Assembly: GCF_030457785.1 (NCBI RefSeq)
Contig: NZ_JAKDUI010000001.1
Location: 1-42,525, forward strand
Origin: Psychrobacter sp.
GTDB lineage: Bacteria; Pseudomonadota; Gammaproteobacteria; Pseudomonadales; Moraxellaceae
DNA length: 42,525 nt
Direction of reading: 5' to 3'
Position 1 is the stretch's first letter; each line of letters starts with the position of its first letter. The position numbers and the translations under genes are program-made. The notes below the pieces were generated by a model that searched no databases, had not been told where the DNA came from, and was given only the letters and a program-made list of their open reading frames with translations. Below are positions 1 to 9,338 of the stretch, piece after piece.

Positions 1-53
1 AAGTATGAGCATTACCTAAGAAACCCCTACCTCTAAGGTAGTGGGTAGTTCAT
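1..53 (+). mobile_element. Right end of an IS200/IS605-family (IS1341/TnpB-type) element; remainder lies outside the window
   Basis: GAAACCCCTACCTCTAAGGTAGTGGGTAGTTCAT (20-53): subterminal hairpin (CTACC/GGTAG plus CCC/GGG) followed by TAGTTCAT, matching the recalled GAAGC-hairpin-GTAGTTCA(C/T) right-end pattern. It directly abuts a protein-coding sequence that starts mid-domain. Confidence 0.8.
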
Positions 54-762
54 GCCTTTTAGTTATACCGATGCTGAAGGCAACCTTATCGGTTATGAGA
101 TGGAACTAGTTGATGCGTTATGCACACAAATGAACGCAGAGTGCGACGTTATTTCCCAAGACTGGGATGGTTTGATTCCAGGTCTAAATGCGCAAAAATT
201 TGACGCCATTATTGCTGGTATGTCGATTACTCCTGAGCGTCAAGAAGTTGTGGAGTTCAGTGAACCATATTTTTACAGTGGTATTATTTTGATCGGTAAA
301 AAAGGTGATGATCTGAGTATCGATAGCCTAGCAGGCGAAGCTATTGGGTCGCAGCGCTCGACGGTTGCGTCGCAATATCTGCAAGACGAGCATGCCGATG
401 CAGATATCAAGCTCTATGATACCCAAGACAATGCCTATTTGGATCTTACCTCGGGTCGAGTCCGCGGTATGATGTCTGATAAAGTGATCGGTAATGACTG
501 GCTTAAAACAGAAGCGGGTCAGGACTATGAAATCAAAGGCGACGAAATCAGTACTAACGACGATGCGATGGGTATTGCTTTCCGTAAGGGTGATGAATTG
601 GTTGCCAAGTTCAATACTGCGCTAGCTGAAATAAAAGATAATGGTACTTATGACCAAATCACAGGCAGCTATTTTGGCACCAGCTCAACTGCTGCTGCAC
701 AGACTGCCGACGCTGACGTGACGGTCACTGAAGAAGAGCCGACAGAAGAAGTAGCAAACTAA
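54..762 (+). pseudogene. 3' part of a polar amino-acid ABC transporter substrate-binding protein (HisJ/ArgT/ArtJ family), 5'-truncated by the IS end
   Basis: ORF 52..762 begins at PFSY, a motif normally preceded by a signal peptide and the first strand of the domain (compare IPFSY about 65 aa into GltI in this window). Family motifs WDGLIPGL, DAIIAGMSITPER and FSEPY are intact. The ATG at 52 is formed by the IS end. Confidence 0.75.
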
Positions 763-890
763 TACCACCGTGCATCGCCGCACGAGCTATGAACGAACGG
801 CTGCGATTTTTTTAATCTCTAGTTTTTGGCTCTAGTTCGTGATTATAGCTCGTGATTATGATTTGGAGCTGTAGATTAGTAGTTATTATC

Positions 891-922
891 GAGGGTATCC
901 CCGTCAGGGTGATGCCCTTTTT
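891..922 (+). terminator. Rho-independent terminator
   Basis: GAGGGTATC...GATGCCCTT stem followed by a T tract, downstream of the binding-protein gene. Confidence 0.7.
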
Positions 923-1224
923 TATGCTCTACAGGTTTGGAGATCGATTTTCTAGAGATTGTCGGTCGGCGTTATTGATGCAATATCGTTCAATTCATAG
1001 TCGGTGGAAAGTGACATCGCTAAAATTAACATCGCTAAAATAAATAAGGCTGGTGCAAATTTCTCTTGCTTGCTGTGCCAACGCAGACAGAGGCTGCAAA
1101 AAATTGACACCAGCAATCCCGTAGTGGTTTTAAAAACATTTTAACTATGTTTGATACATGGAGAGATAAGTACCCAGTTGACGTCGCTTATACGCGTCAG
1201 TATTAACATCACGGCGAGGGATTA

Positions 1225-1233
1225 TGATAAAAT
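1225..1233 (+). promoter_or_regulatory. Putative extended -10 promoter (TG-A-TAAAAT) for the permease genes
   Basis: TGATAAAAT about 190 bp upstream of the GTG at 1420 and downstream of the terminator; no clear -35. Confidence 0.4.
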
Positions 1234-1419
1234 CGGGGCTCATTTCTACTGTGTCAATTAAGCAGCTGTAAACCTACGACCCTCACGTCAGTCTATGAGG
1301 CAAAGGATCAGTATCCCACTGATCTACAATACGGTTATTAACAGCGCTCAGCTATTGATGCTGATTCTTTTAACTCATATTTGGCAACTTGCTAATATAA
1401 AGAGACTGAGTGGATAATT

Positions 1420-2154
1420 GTGTTTGATTTACAAGGGTTTGGCGCGCTTTTACTGAGCGGTGCTACGGTCACTATAAAGCTTGCTTTGACCAGCGTAGTC
1501 ATTGGCTTGGTTTTGGGTTTGCTTGGCGCAACTGCAAAGCTGTCTAATATCTGGCTGCTGCGTAAGCTTGTGACTGTCTACACCGCCACCATGCGTGGTA
1601 TTCCAGAGCTGCTATTGGTACTATTTATCTATTACGGCGGTTCCATACTGCTGATGAGTATCCTCAAGAAGTTTGGTTACAACGAATATGTAGAGGTTAG
1701 TGCTTTTTGGGGCGGGGTGATGGCGCTGTCAATCGCTTTCGGCGCTTATGCGACTGAAATATTTCGTATGTCGATTCAAGAGATTCCAGTCGGACAAAAA
1801 GAAGCTGCGCAAGCGATAGGTATGCGTCCTTTTCAGACCTTTTATCGCATTACTTTGCCGCAGGTATGGCAGATTGCGTTGCCAGGGTTGGGCAATTTAT
1901 TTTTAGTGTTGCTCAAGGACACGGCACTGGTCTCTGTCGTGGGCTTAAAAGATATTATGTATCAGTCTTCGCGTGCGGCTCAATCCACGCAGCAGCCTTT
2001 TACCTTTTATATGGCAGCAGCAATGATATATTTGGGTCTGACCATGCTGATTACTGGCTTTATGATGTGGCTTGAGTGGCGCGCCAATCCCGCGTCGCGC
2101 TATGCGAAAAAAATAAGCCGTCAATCAACACAACGTCAATCGACCATAGGATAG
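1420..2154 (+). CDS. hisQ: Polar amino-acid ABC transporter permease (HisQ/ArtQ type)
   Basis: Hydrophobic; MRGIPELL and GQKEAAQAIGM (EAA loop), LLKDTALVS; GTG start. Substrate (His/Arg/Lys/Orn) not determinable. Confidence 0.85.
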   Translation: MFDLQGFGALLLSGATVTIKLALTSVVIGLVLGLLGATAKLSNIWLLRKLVTVYTATMRGIPELLLVLFIYYGGSILLMSILKKFGYNEYVEVSAFWGGVMALSIAFGAYATEIFRMSIQEIPVGQKEAAQAIGMRPFQTFYRITLPQVWQIALPGLGNLFLVLLKDTALVSVVGLKDIMYQSSRAAQSTQQPFTFYMAAAMIYLGLTMLITGFMMWLEWRANPASRYAKKISRQSTQRQSTIG

Positions 2155-2167
2155 GGGGAGAGATACT

Positions 2168-2890
2168 ATGGATTGGAATTGGCAGGTCATCTTTGAGCAT
2201 ATTCCTGATTTATTGGGTGGCGCGGTATTGACCGTACAGCTGGTGGTAATTTCAGGCATCATCGGGCTGTTTTTCGGTCTGATCTTGGCATTGCTGCGTC
2301 TGTCTAAAAGTTGGGCAGTACAAGTACTTCCCTTTCTTTATATTTTCTTTTTTCGCGGCACGCCGTTGCTGGTGCAGATATTCCTGATTTATTATGGTTT
2401 GGGACAGTTTGAAGCAGTGCGTGATTCGTTCTTGTGGGATCCTATACTCAGTCAGGCCTACTGGTGTGCAATCATCGCCTTTACCATGAATACCAGCGCT
2501 TATTTGGCAGAAATCATTCGCGGTGCGATTCAAACCATTCCAACTGGTGAGCTAGAGGCTGCCGATGCGCTAGGGATGTCGAAATGGCAAAAGCTCACAC
2601 GAATTACTTTGCCACGTGCCTTTGGTATAGTCATCCCTGCTTATAGTAATGAAGTGATCTTCATGCTGAAAGGCAGTGCGTTGGCTTCGACCATTGCTTT
2701 GATGGATGTCACTGGTGTTGCGCGTACGATCAGTGCCCGTACTTATACCTTGATGGAGCTGTTCTTTGCCGCGGGTATTGTCTATCTATTATTGTCTTGG
2801 GTCATTCTGTTTAGCTTTAGGTTGTTTGAAAAAAGAATGAATCGTCATACCAGCTACGTACCACCAGATGTCGTGACCAAAACGATTTAG
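2168..2890 (+). CDS. hisM: Polar amino-acid ABC transporter permease (HisM/ArtM type)
   Basis: FRGTPLLVQ, GELEAADALGMS, YSNEVIFMLKGSALAST; GGAG RBS. Confidence 0.85.
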   Translation: MDWNWQVIFEHIPDLLGGAVLTVQLVVISGIIGLFFGLILALLRLSKSWAVQVLPFLYIFFFRGTPLLVQIFLIYYGLGQFEAVRDSFLWDPILSQAYWCAIIAFTMNTSAYLAEIIRGAIQTIPTGELEAADALGMSKWQKLTRITLPRAFGIVIPAYSNEVIFMLKGSALASTIALMDVTGVARTISARTYTLMELFFAAGIVYLLLSWVILFSFRLFEKRMNRHTSYVPPDVVTKTI

Positions 2891-3013
2891 TGGTGAAAGG
2901 TCGTTATTTTATGGTAGAAAAGTTGCGTAGTTTCATAATTGCATAGTTTCAGGGCAGGTAAAACGGTCTGGTCGAATAATCAAATACGCCCTATTATTTA
3001 GAGAGAGCCGAGT

Positions 3014-3730
3014 ATGAGTCAATCATCACATATGCCGTTAGCCAATGCCATCGTAGCGGGCATCAATGAGAATAAAAATGCGGTAAGCGCTACCCAACAG
3101 ATTCGTGAGCCTATCGGCAAGGTAGTCTGTGTGGGTCGTAATTATGCCGCTCATGCTCACGAGTTGGGTAATGAGATACCAACCACGCCTTTATTATTCA
3201 TAAAGCCAGCATCTGCTGTGGTGTCTATTCGTCAAGGTATTATTCGTCCAAATGACCAAGTGCTCGGCGATACACACTATGAAGCGGAACTATGCGTTCA
3301 GCTAGCAAATGACTTGTCAGCCGCGACGCTAGAAGAGGCAAAGCAGTCGATCGGTGGTGTGACTTTGGGATTGGATTTGACCTTGCGTGATTTGCAGTCT
3401 GAGTTAAAAGAAAAAAGTCACCCCTGGGAGCGTGCCAAGTGTTTTGACGGTTCTTGTGTGTTGGCAGACTGGTTGGCTCCACAGGCATTTGGTGATTTTA
3501 GCAATGTCGAGTATCAGCTATATATCAATAATGAGCTGGCGCAAGATGGTGATAGTGCTCTGATGCTATATCCCGTCTATGAGTTATTGGTTAATATTAG
3601 CCATGCTTTTAGCCTCCAAGCGGGCGATGTGATTATGACTGGAACACCGAGTGGCGTCGGTGTATTGCATGCTGGAGACCAGTTAAAACTGGCGTTAGGT
3701 GCGCATGAATGGAAGGCGCAGGTTCAGTAG
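3014..3730 (+). CDS. Fumarylacetoacetate hydrolase family protein (YcgM/FAHD1-like)
   Basis: KVVCVGRNYAAH, HYEAEL, LDLTLRDLQ, WERAKCFD, GDVIMTGTPSGVG. Confidence 0.92.
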   Translation: MSQSSHMPLANAIVAGINENKNAVSATQQIREPIGKVVCVGRNYAAHAHELGNEIPTTPLLFIKPASAVVSIRQGIIRPNDQVLGDTHYEAELCVQLANDLSAATLEEAKQSIGGVTLGLDLTLRDLQSELKEKSHPWERAKCFDGSCVLADWLAPQAFGDFSNVEYQLYINNELAQDGDSALMLYPVYELLVNISHAFSLQAGDVIMTGTPSGVGVLHAGDQLKLALGAHEWKAQVQ

Positions 3731-3821
3731 ATTAGCATCAAACTGTTTAGCCTTTGTTTTTATTTAAAAAACCATTAAAAATATCAGTATCTTAAGAAGT
3801 ATAAGCGTCACGCCATAGTAT

Positions 3822-3858
3822 AAAAGGAATCCAAGCATTGCTTGGATTCTTTTTTTTT
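3822..3858 (+). terminator. Rho-independent terminator
   Basis: GGAATCCAAGC-ATT-GCTTGGATTCT stem with a long T tract. Confidence 0.85.
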
Positions 3859-3877
3859 GTATGAATAGCCAGAAAAT

Positions 3878-3933
3878 TTATCATTAGATCAATGAGGACT
3901 TTTCAACGTTTTGTCATAAATGCTCAGTAGACT
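3878..3933 (+). promoter_or_regulatory. Pho box (PhoB site) promoter of phoX
   Basis: CTGTCAT-like half-sites in 11-bp phase: TTATCAT 3878, TTTTCAA 3900, TTGTCAT 3911; -10 TAGACT at 3928-3933, 10 nt after the last half-site. Confidence 0.7.
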
Positions 3934-4019
3934 TAAGCGGAATTCGCATTTTGTGGTGACTATTATCAAGCTGCAAAAAACTTTCTAAGCCAATCTAGCC
4001 AACAGCAAGGTGACTGACC

Positions 4020-6224
4020 ATGACGCTATTGAATAACAATCAAATAAATAATCAGCAGAATCTCGCCCACGAAGTCGTTGAAGACTCTAATCCAACCAAT
4101 AATACTGACTTCCAAACCATTCTTGATCGTCGTTTGCATCGTCGCAGTATCTTAAAAGGTGGTACGGGACTGACAGCGGCAGCGTTTTTTGGTGCGATTC
4201 CTCTAGTTGGCTGTAGTGATGATGACGACAGTGGCTCCACTGTCGTTGGTGGCGATGCTGCTATCCCTGCACAAGGTGATCTGACGCGTCCAGAGACCTT
4301 AAAGTTTTCGCCAGTGGCACACTCGACAGCAGCAGAGATGAGCGTCGCAGAAGGCTACACAGCTGAAATGATTTTACCTTTGGGTACGCCATTGATGTCT
4401 GGTATTGATGAATGGAAAGACAATCGTGAACAGTCTGCTGAGTCGTTTGACTGGCGTATGGGTGATAACCATGATGGCATGTGGTTTTTCGGTAAAACAG
4501 GCAATAACTACGATGCCAAAGCTTCCGAAGGCGGTCTGCTGGTGATGAATCATGAATACGTAAATAGTGCAGAGCTGAGTCCTCATGGATATCTTACGAT
4601 TGAAGATGATGACGCCGATCCAATTTTCCAAACTCGTCGTCTTGCCACTGATGTTCGCCGTGAAGTTAACTGTCATGGCGTCGCTGTGGTAGAAATGAAA
4701 CGTCGTGCTGATGGTGTGGGTTATGAGATGGTTCTCGATTCTAAATACAACCGCCGTATTACCAGTACGACCACGTCTCAGTTGACGGGTCCTGTTGCTG
4801 GATCTGATTTGACCAAGACTAAGTTTGATCCAACAGGCCATAAGACACGTGGTATCAATAACAACTGCGGTTCAGGATTGTCACCTTGGGGCACTTATCT
4901 AACCACCGAAGAAAACTTCTTAGGGGTTTTCGCTCGTGGGCAAGATGCCGAGAAGCTAAGTGCTGCACAAAATTATGGTCGTGAGCGCTACGGTGCCATA
5001 GAGAACTTCCCCGGCTGGGGTTATCTATGGCATAGTCCTAAAAATGAAGACGCCACGATAGACGATGAATTTGCACGTTGGGATATGACTGCGGTGGGTG
5101 CCAATGCTGCCGATGATTATCGCAATGCTTATAACACTTTTGGTTATATCACTGAAATTGATCCTTTCGATAAAAATACCATGCCAAAAAAGCGCACGGC
5201 ATTAGGACGTTTTGCTCATGAAAACTGTGCCTATGCACCAGTTGAAGAAGGCAAGCCAGTCGTCTTTTACATGGGTGACGATGCTCGCGGTGAATATATC
5301 TATAAGTTTGTCTCGACTGCTACCTGGTCAAATGCTGATATTGGCGGCGGACTGAGCGCGGGTGACAAATATATGGATGATGGGACGCTATATGTCGCGA
5401 TATTCAATGAGGATGGCAGTGGCGAATGGAAACCGCTAGCTCATGGACAAAATGGACTGGATGCTGCCAATAGCGAGATGGCATTCAATGGTCAGGATGA
5501 AGTTTTAATCTTTGCTCGTGCTGCTGCTGATGCACTCGGTGCTACCAAGATGGATCGCCCTGAGTGGGTATCCGTCAGTCCGATGACAGGTGAAGTGTAC
5601 ATCACTCTGACCAATAATAGATATCGTGGCGAGCGAGATGATCAGCCTGTTTCTGCCTCAAACCCGCGTAGCTATAATGATGGCGGTAATGACAACGGGC
5701 ATATCATTCGCTGGGCAGAGGCCGGTGGCGATCATGCAGCCATGAGCTTTCAGTGGGATATCTATCTATTTGCCTCACCGAGTGATCTGACGGCAGAGAA
5801 CCTGTCACAATTAAATGATAATAACGACTTGTCATCGCCAGATGGGCTGTATTTTGATCCTCGTGGTGTGCTATGGATTCAGACGGATGATGGCGCTTAC
5901 ACTGATACGAGTAGCTGTATGTTATTGGCAGCATTACCAGGTGCAGTAGATGATGGAGAAATCATCACCACTTCAGCTGGGCAACAAACTCGAATTGGTA
6001 TGCCGGCAAGTAATGACAATATCAAACGTTTCTTCGTTGGTCCTGAAGGTTGTGAGGTAACAGGTATTACGATGACGCCAGATTTCAAGACGCTATTTAT
6101 CAATATCCAGCATCCTGGTAACGCTTGGGGTGCCGTCGAAGGCGGTAGTACGCCACGCTCTGCAACAGTCATGATTACCAAGGATGACGGTGAAGCCATA
6201 TTGGCCGAGTCATTCACGGAATAG
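4020..6224 (+). CDS. phoX: PhoX-family alkaline phosphatase with Tat signal and lipobox
   Basis: RRSILK twin-arginine motif, LVGC lipobox; GDNHDGM, MNHEY, NCGSGLSPWGTYLTTEEN, ALGRFAHE, MDRPEW, SPDGL, CEVTG, NIQHPG. Confidence 0.95.
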   Translation: MTLLNNNQINNQQNLAHEVVEDSNPTNNTDFQTILDRRLHRRSILKGGTGLTAAAFFGAIPLVGCSDDDDSGSTVVGGDAAIPAQGDLTRPETLKFSPVAHSTAAEMSVAEGYTAEMILPLGTPLMSGIDEWKDNREQSAESFDWRMGDNHDGMWFFGKTGNNYDAKASEGGLLVMNHEYVNSAELSPHGYLTIEDDDADPIFQTRRLATDVRREVNCHGVAVVEMKRRADGVGYEMVLDSKYNRRITSTTTSQLTGPVAGSDLTKTKFDPTGHKTRGINNNCGSGLSPWGTYLTTEENFLGVFARGQDAEKLSAAQNYGRERYGAIENFPGWGYLWHSPKNEDATIDDEFARWDMTAVGANAADDYRNAYNTFGYITEIDPFDKNTMPKKRTALGRFAHENCAYAPVEEGKPVVFYMGDDARGEYIYKFVSTATWSNADIGGGLSAGDKYMDDGTLYVAIFNEDGSGEWKPLAHGQNGLDAANSEMAFNGQDEVLIFARAAADALGATKMDRPEWVSVSPMTGEVYITLTNNRYRGERDDQPVSASNPRSYNDGGNDNGHIIRWAEAGGDHAAMSFQWDIYLFASPSDLTAENLSQLNDNNDLSSPDGLYFDPRGVLWIQTDDGAYTDTSSCMLLAALPGAVDDGEIITTSAGQQTRIGMPASNDNIKRFFVGPEGCEVTGITMTPDFKTLFINIQHPGNAWGAVEGGSTPRSATVMITKDDGEAILAESFTE

Positions 6225-6280
6225 TCGTCTATATCTGGCATCAATATACGTCGCTTTTATATAAATATATTACCATTGAG

Positions 6281-6313
6281 AACCTCAAGTTAAGCTTGGG
6301 GTTTTTGTTTTTT
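6281..6313 (+). terminator. Rho-independent terminator after phoX
   Basis: AACCTCAAG/CTTGGGGTT stem followed by T-rich run. Confidence 0.75.
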
Positions 6314-6573
6314 GTGTTCTGACTATAGTCTCTATAAGAATCTAACGACAGGCTTATTTCCACTGGTAGCTGACTTTACATGAGTATGACGGACTGTAAG
6401 ACTGGTCTCGTCTTTTATTTTTAAATCAGCTTGTTCTATGAATTATCTTCACCTATTTTTTGTGCAAGTCTGCCTAAGTTGTGCATATAAATCACAGGAT
6501 TCTCTTCTATTTGTCGTATTTACAGGCTACTATATTAAACTATCTTTAATATTCACTAATATATATCAACTGA

Positions 6574-8052
6574 ATGAGTAGCCTAAATTTGCTTTATACA
6601 GACAGTGTGAACGATGGTTATGCGCATAATGGCGCTAATGACCAGCATGAGCTTGAGGCACACTTTCCCTCAGAGCCTAGTGAGCCGTCGCACCGCGACT
6701 GGTATGAGCAAATAGACCAGCTTGAAGCCATCGATATTGAGGAAATCGTCAAATTACAGGCGGATGAAGGCGGTGAGACGACGACGCATCCTGTCCACCT
6801 TACTGATTTCTTTGAGGGCTTAGCACAGCTAGCGACCATGGGCGTGGTAGAGGTTACTGATATCGTAGAAGCCATCCATCGCGAGGTCATTCTGCGCCCA
6901 TTAGGTCGATTTAACGAAAACCAATTGAACAATTGGCAGCGTAGTATCACTGGGCGTCTATACGGCACGATACGCCAAGTCATGATGACGGTAGGTGACA
7001 ATTTGGGCTCGGTGTTACGAGTGTACAAAAAAATTGTCAACAGAAAAACGGTACAACCACTGCCAGATTCGCTAAAAAAGCTGGTCAATGTGTTGAATGG
7101 CGTGATGGGCGATCATTTGGTCAATAATCAAAATGCACTTGCGATTCCGATGGTGCTATACGATAAAGAAGGCAACGCACAGCGTAGTGGACTTTCAGGT
7201 CGCGTGGTTATTTTATGTCATGGTTTATGTATGAGCCACTTGAGCTGGCAGTCGAAAAAAGGCAATGATTTGAGTGAAGCCATCAGCATCAGTCAGCCAG
7301 ATACCACGGTACTGATGCTTGATTATAATACTGGGCGACGCATATCACGGAATGGTCGACAGCTCAGCAAATTTCTACAGGGATTGGTAGACGATAATCC
7401 CAATATCAGCCAGATAGACCTCGTCGGGCACAGTATGGGTGGGTTGGTTGCTCGCAGTGCACTGTTTTATGGTGAGCAAGATCACTTTGAATGGGTCAAA
7501 CGAGTGGGCAACCTCATCACTTTGGGCTCACCACATCACGGTGCGGTATTGGAGCGTATTGGCAATTACGTGCAGGAGATTATTGCAAAACTGCCGTTTG
7601 CAGGCTCATTAGCAAAGTTGGGTGAAATGCGTAGTGCAGGTATTATAGACCTACGGCATGGTAGTATCCTCGATGCTGATTGGAAGACGCTGGATCAACG
7701 TAGTGTGTTGCCACAAGATTTTCGTCATCCTACTAAATTGCCAAGTGGCATCAAGACCTACTTCGTTGCTAGCGCTTTAGTGGAAACGCATTTTGATTCC
7801 AAGATGACCAACATGTTAGGTGATGGTTTGGTATCGGTGGCTTCTGCGTTGGGTGAAGACGATGTGGAGCATGCTTTGTTTGTTCCTGAGGGGCATAAAG
7901 CTATGTTCTATAGTGTGAGCCATATGAATTTAATTCATAGCAGAAGGGTGAGAGAGCAAGTGGTCGAATGGTTGTTGGACAATGGTCACAGCGATTATAC
8001 TGGGAAACCACGTATATACTCTTATCCCAGAAGCTTGGGTTTGTTGCTATAG
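6574..8052 (+). CDS. Alpha/beta hydrolase, lipase/PGAP1-like, with acidic N-terminal extension
   Basis: HGLCM oxyanion region, GHSMGG nucleophile elbow, LGSPHHG, GDGLV and a C-terminal His. Confidence 0.85.
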   Translation: MSSLNLLYTDSVNDGYAHNGANDQHELEAHFPSEPSEPSHRDWYEQIDQLEAIDIEEIVKLQADEGGETTTHPVHLTDFFEGLAQLATMGVVEVTDIVEAIHREVILRPLGRFNENQLNNWQRSITGRLYGTIRQVMMTVGDNLGSVLRVYKKIVNRKTVQPLPDSLKKLVNVLNGVMGDHLVNNQNALAIPMVLYDKEGNAQRSGLSGRVVILCHGLCMSHLSWQSKKGNDLSEAISISQPDTTVLMLDYNTGRRISRNGRQLSKFLQGLVDDNPNISQIDLVGHSMGGLVARSALFYGEQDHFEWVKRVGNLITLGSPHHGAVLERIGNYVQEIIAKLPFAGSLAKLGEMRSAGIIDLRHGSILDADWKTLDQRSVLPQDFRHPTKLPSGIKTYFVASALVETHFDSKMTNMLGDGLVSVASALGEDDVEHALFVPEGHKAMFYSVSHMNLIHSRRVREQVVEWLLDNGHSDYTGKPRIYSYPRSLGLLL

Positions 8053-8108
8053 CAACTTAACCATCAAGCCTAACCATCAATCCCAATACACCAAACAAAC
8101 AGCCAAAT

Positions 8109-8143
8109 AAAAGCCCTCAAGTATCGCACTTGAGGGCTTTTTT
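8109..8143. terminator. Bidirectional terminator between convergent genes
   Basis: AAAAGCCCTCAAGT-ATCGC-ACTTGAGGGCTTTT perfect stem with A and T tracts. Confidence 0.9.
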
Positions 8144-8292
8144 GTGAATACTGAGACATACTGTTATCGAGTTACAGTTGTAATTGCAGCTACAGCTGTT
8201 AGGGTTCGCCTTCAATTAAGCCATCTGCGCTATCTTTCTTAGCAGCGATTTATTTTACTTCTATCATTTTTTTAAATGAGGACAGGCTCTAA

Positions 8293-9279
8293 TTAAAATT
8301 TGTTGGCAAATATGGCCGCCACATCGTCTTTATTAAACTTGTAGATCTCACCGCAAAACCCACAATCCATTTCAAACGTACCGCCTTGTTCTTCAATGAT
8401 ATCCAAAGCTTCTGCTTCGCCGATTTGCTCGATTGCTATTTCGCATTTTTCGCGTGAGCAGGTGCAGCCAAACGACAAGGCGACAGGGTCAGGCGCTACG
8501 ACGTTTTCTTCATGATACAAGCGATAAAGAATCTCGTTGGTATCAAGCGTGGTCAGCTCTTCCGCCTTCACTGTGCGGGTCAAGACACTCAAACGTACCC
8601 ATAGGTCGTCGTCGATGCCAGCATCTTGATTTTGCTCGACTTCGTAGGTTTCTTCAGCTGAGCGAGGTAGCATCTGCACGAGTATGCCGCCGGCTTGCAG
8701 ACCATCTGATGCCAGATTGATCAGCGTTGGAATCTGTGCTGATTGTTTTTGATAGTGTGCCAAACAGTCCGCCAAATTGTCATGACTGCGTTCCACGATA
8801 CCTTGGTAAGGCTCGCCACCATCAGGTTGGATGTTGATAAACAACACGCCTTGCCCGCTGGCGCCTAGCTCGGCAAATGCTTCTTTGGCATGTGTCATGC
8901 TCTTCCAAGCTTGCGCTTGTTCATCGGTGTCGGCTTTCCAGCTGGCAAGTGCACGAATGATGCCGTTTTGATCGCACTCGGCCATTGCCCAGTTGAGCAG
9001 GCTGTCGTCGTCAGAGGATTGTAATTGGATAGACAGGCGACCGTTAATTTTTACGGTACCGATCAGCAAGCTTGCCGCTGTCAGCATTTCCCCTAGTAAG
9101 CGTTTGATGGCCTCAGGGTAGGGCTTTTGTGCAATCGTGCTCGCATAGCTACGTGATAGGCGCACTACGTCGCCGCGCACTGGAGAGTCTTCGATGAAAA
9201 AACGTTGGCGCACGTCGTCAGTACTATGGTCGTCAGTGATTTGGCTGTCTGTATTTGGGACTGGATTTTCTGGATTCAT
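8293..9279 (-). CDS. hslO: Hsp33 redox-regulated chaperone
   Basis: VRGDVVRL, LLGEMLTAASLL, YQGIV, SAQIPT; zinc-binding CTC...CGFC. Confidence 0.95.
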   Translation of the reverse strand: MNPENPVPNTDSQITDDHSTDDVRQRFFIEDSPVRGDVVRLSRSYASTIAQKPYPEAIKRLLGEMLTAASLLIGTVKINGRLSIQLQSSDDDSLLNWAMAECDQNGIIRALASWKADTDEQAQAWKSMTHAKEAFAELGASGQGVLFINIQPDGGEPYQGIVERSHDNLADCLAHYQKQSAQIPTLINLASDGLQAGGILVQMLPRSAEETYEVEQNQDAGIDDDLWVRLSVLTRTVKAEELTTLDTNEILYRLYHEENVVAPDPVALSFGCTCSREKCEIAIEQIGEAEALDIIEEQGGTFEMDCGFCGEIYKFNKDDVAAIFANKF

Positions 9280-9311
9280 AAGTCATTTGTAGTGTTGAGA
9301 GGTTGGTAGCT

Positions 9312-9338
9312 TTATGGGGATTATTGCTGATTTATCAA
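9312..9338 (-). promoter_or_regulatory. Sigma32 (RpoH) promoter of hslO
   Basis: Minus strand TTGATA-N13-CCCCATAA versus consensus TTGAAA-N13/14-CCCCATNT, about 30 bp upstream of a heat-shock gene. Confidence 0.75.

Noticed and set aside
852-1043. 63-aa ORF in the intergenic gap
   Set aside because: GTG start without RBS, runs through a terminator and tandem repeats, no recognisable motif.
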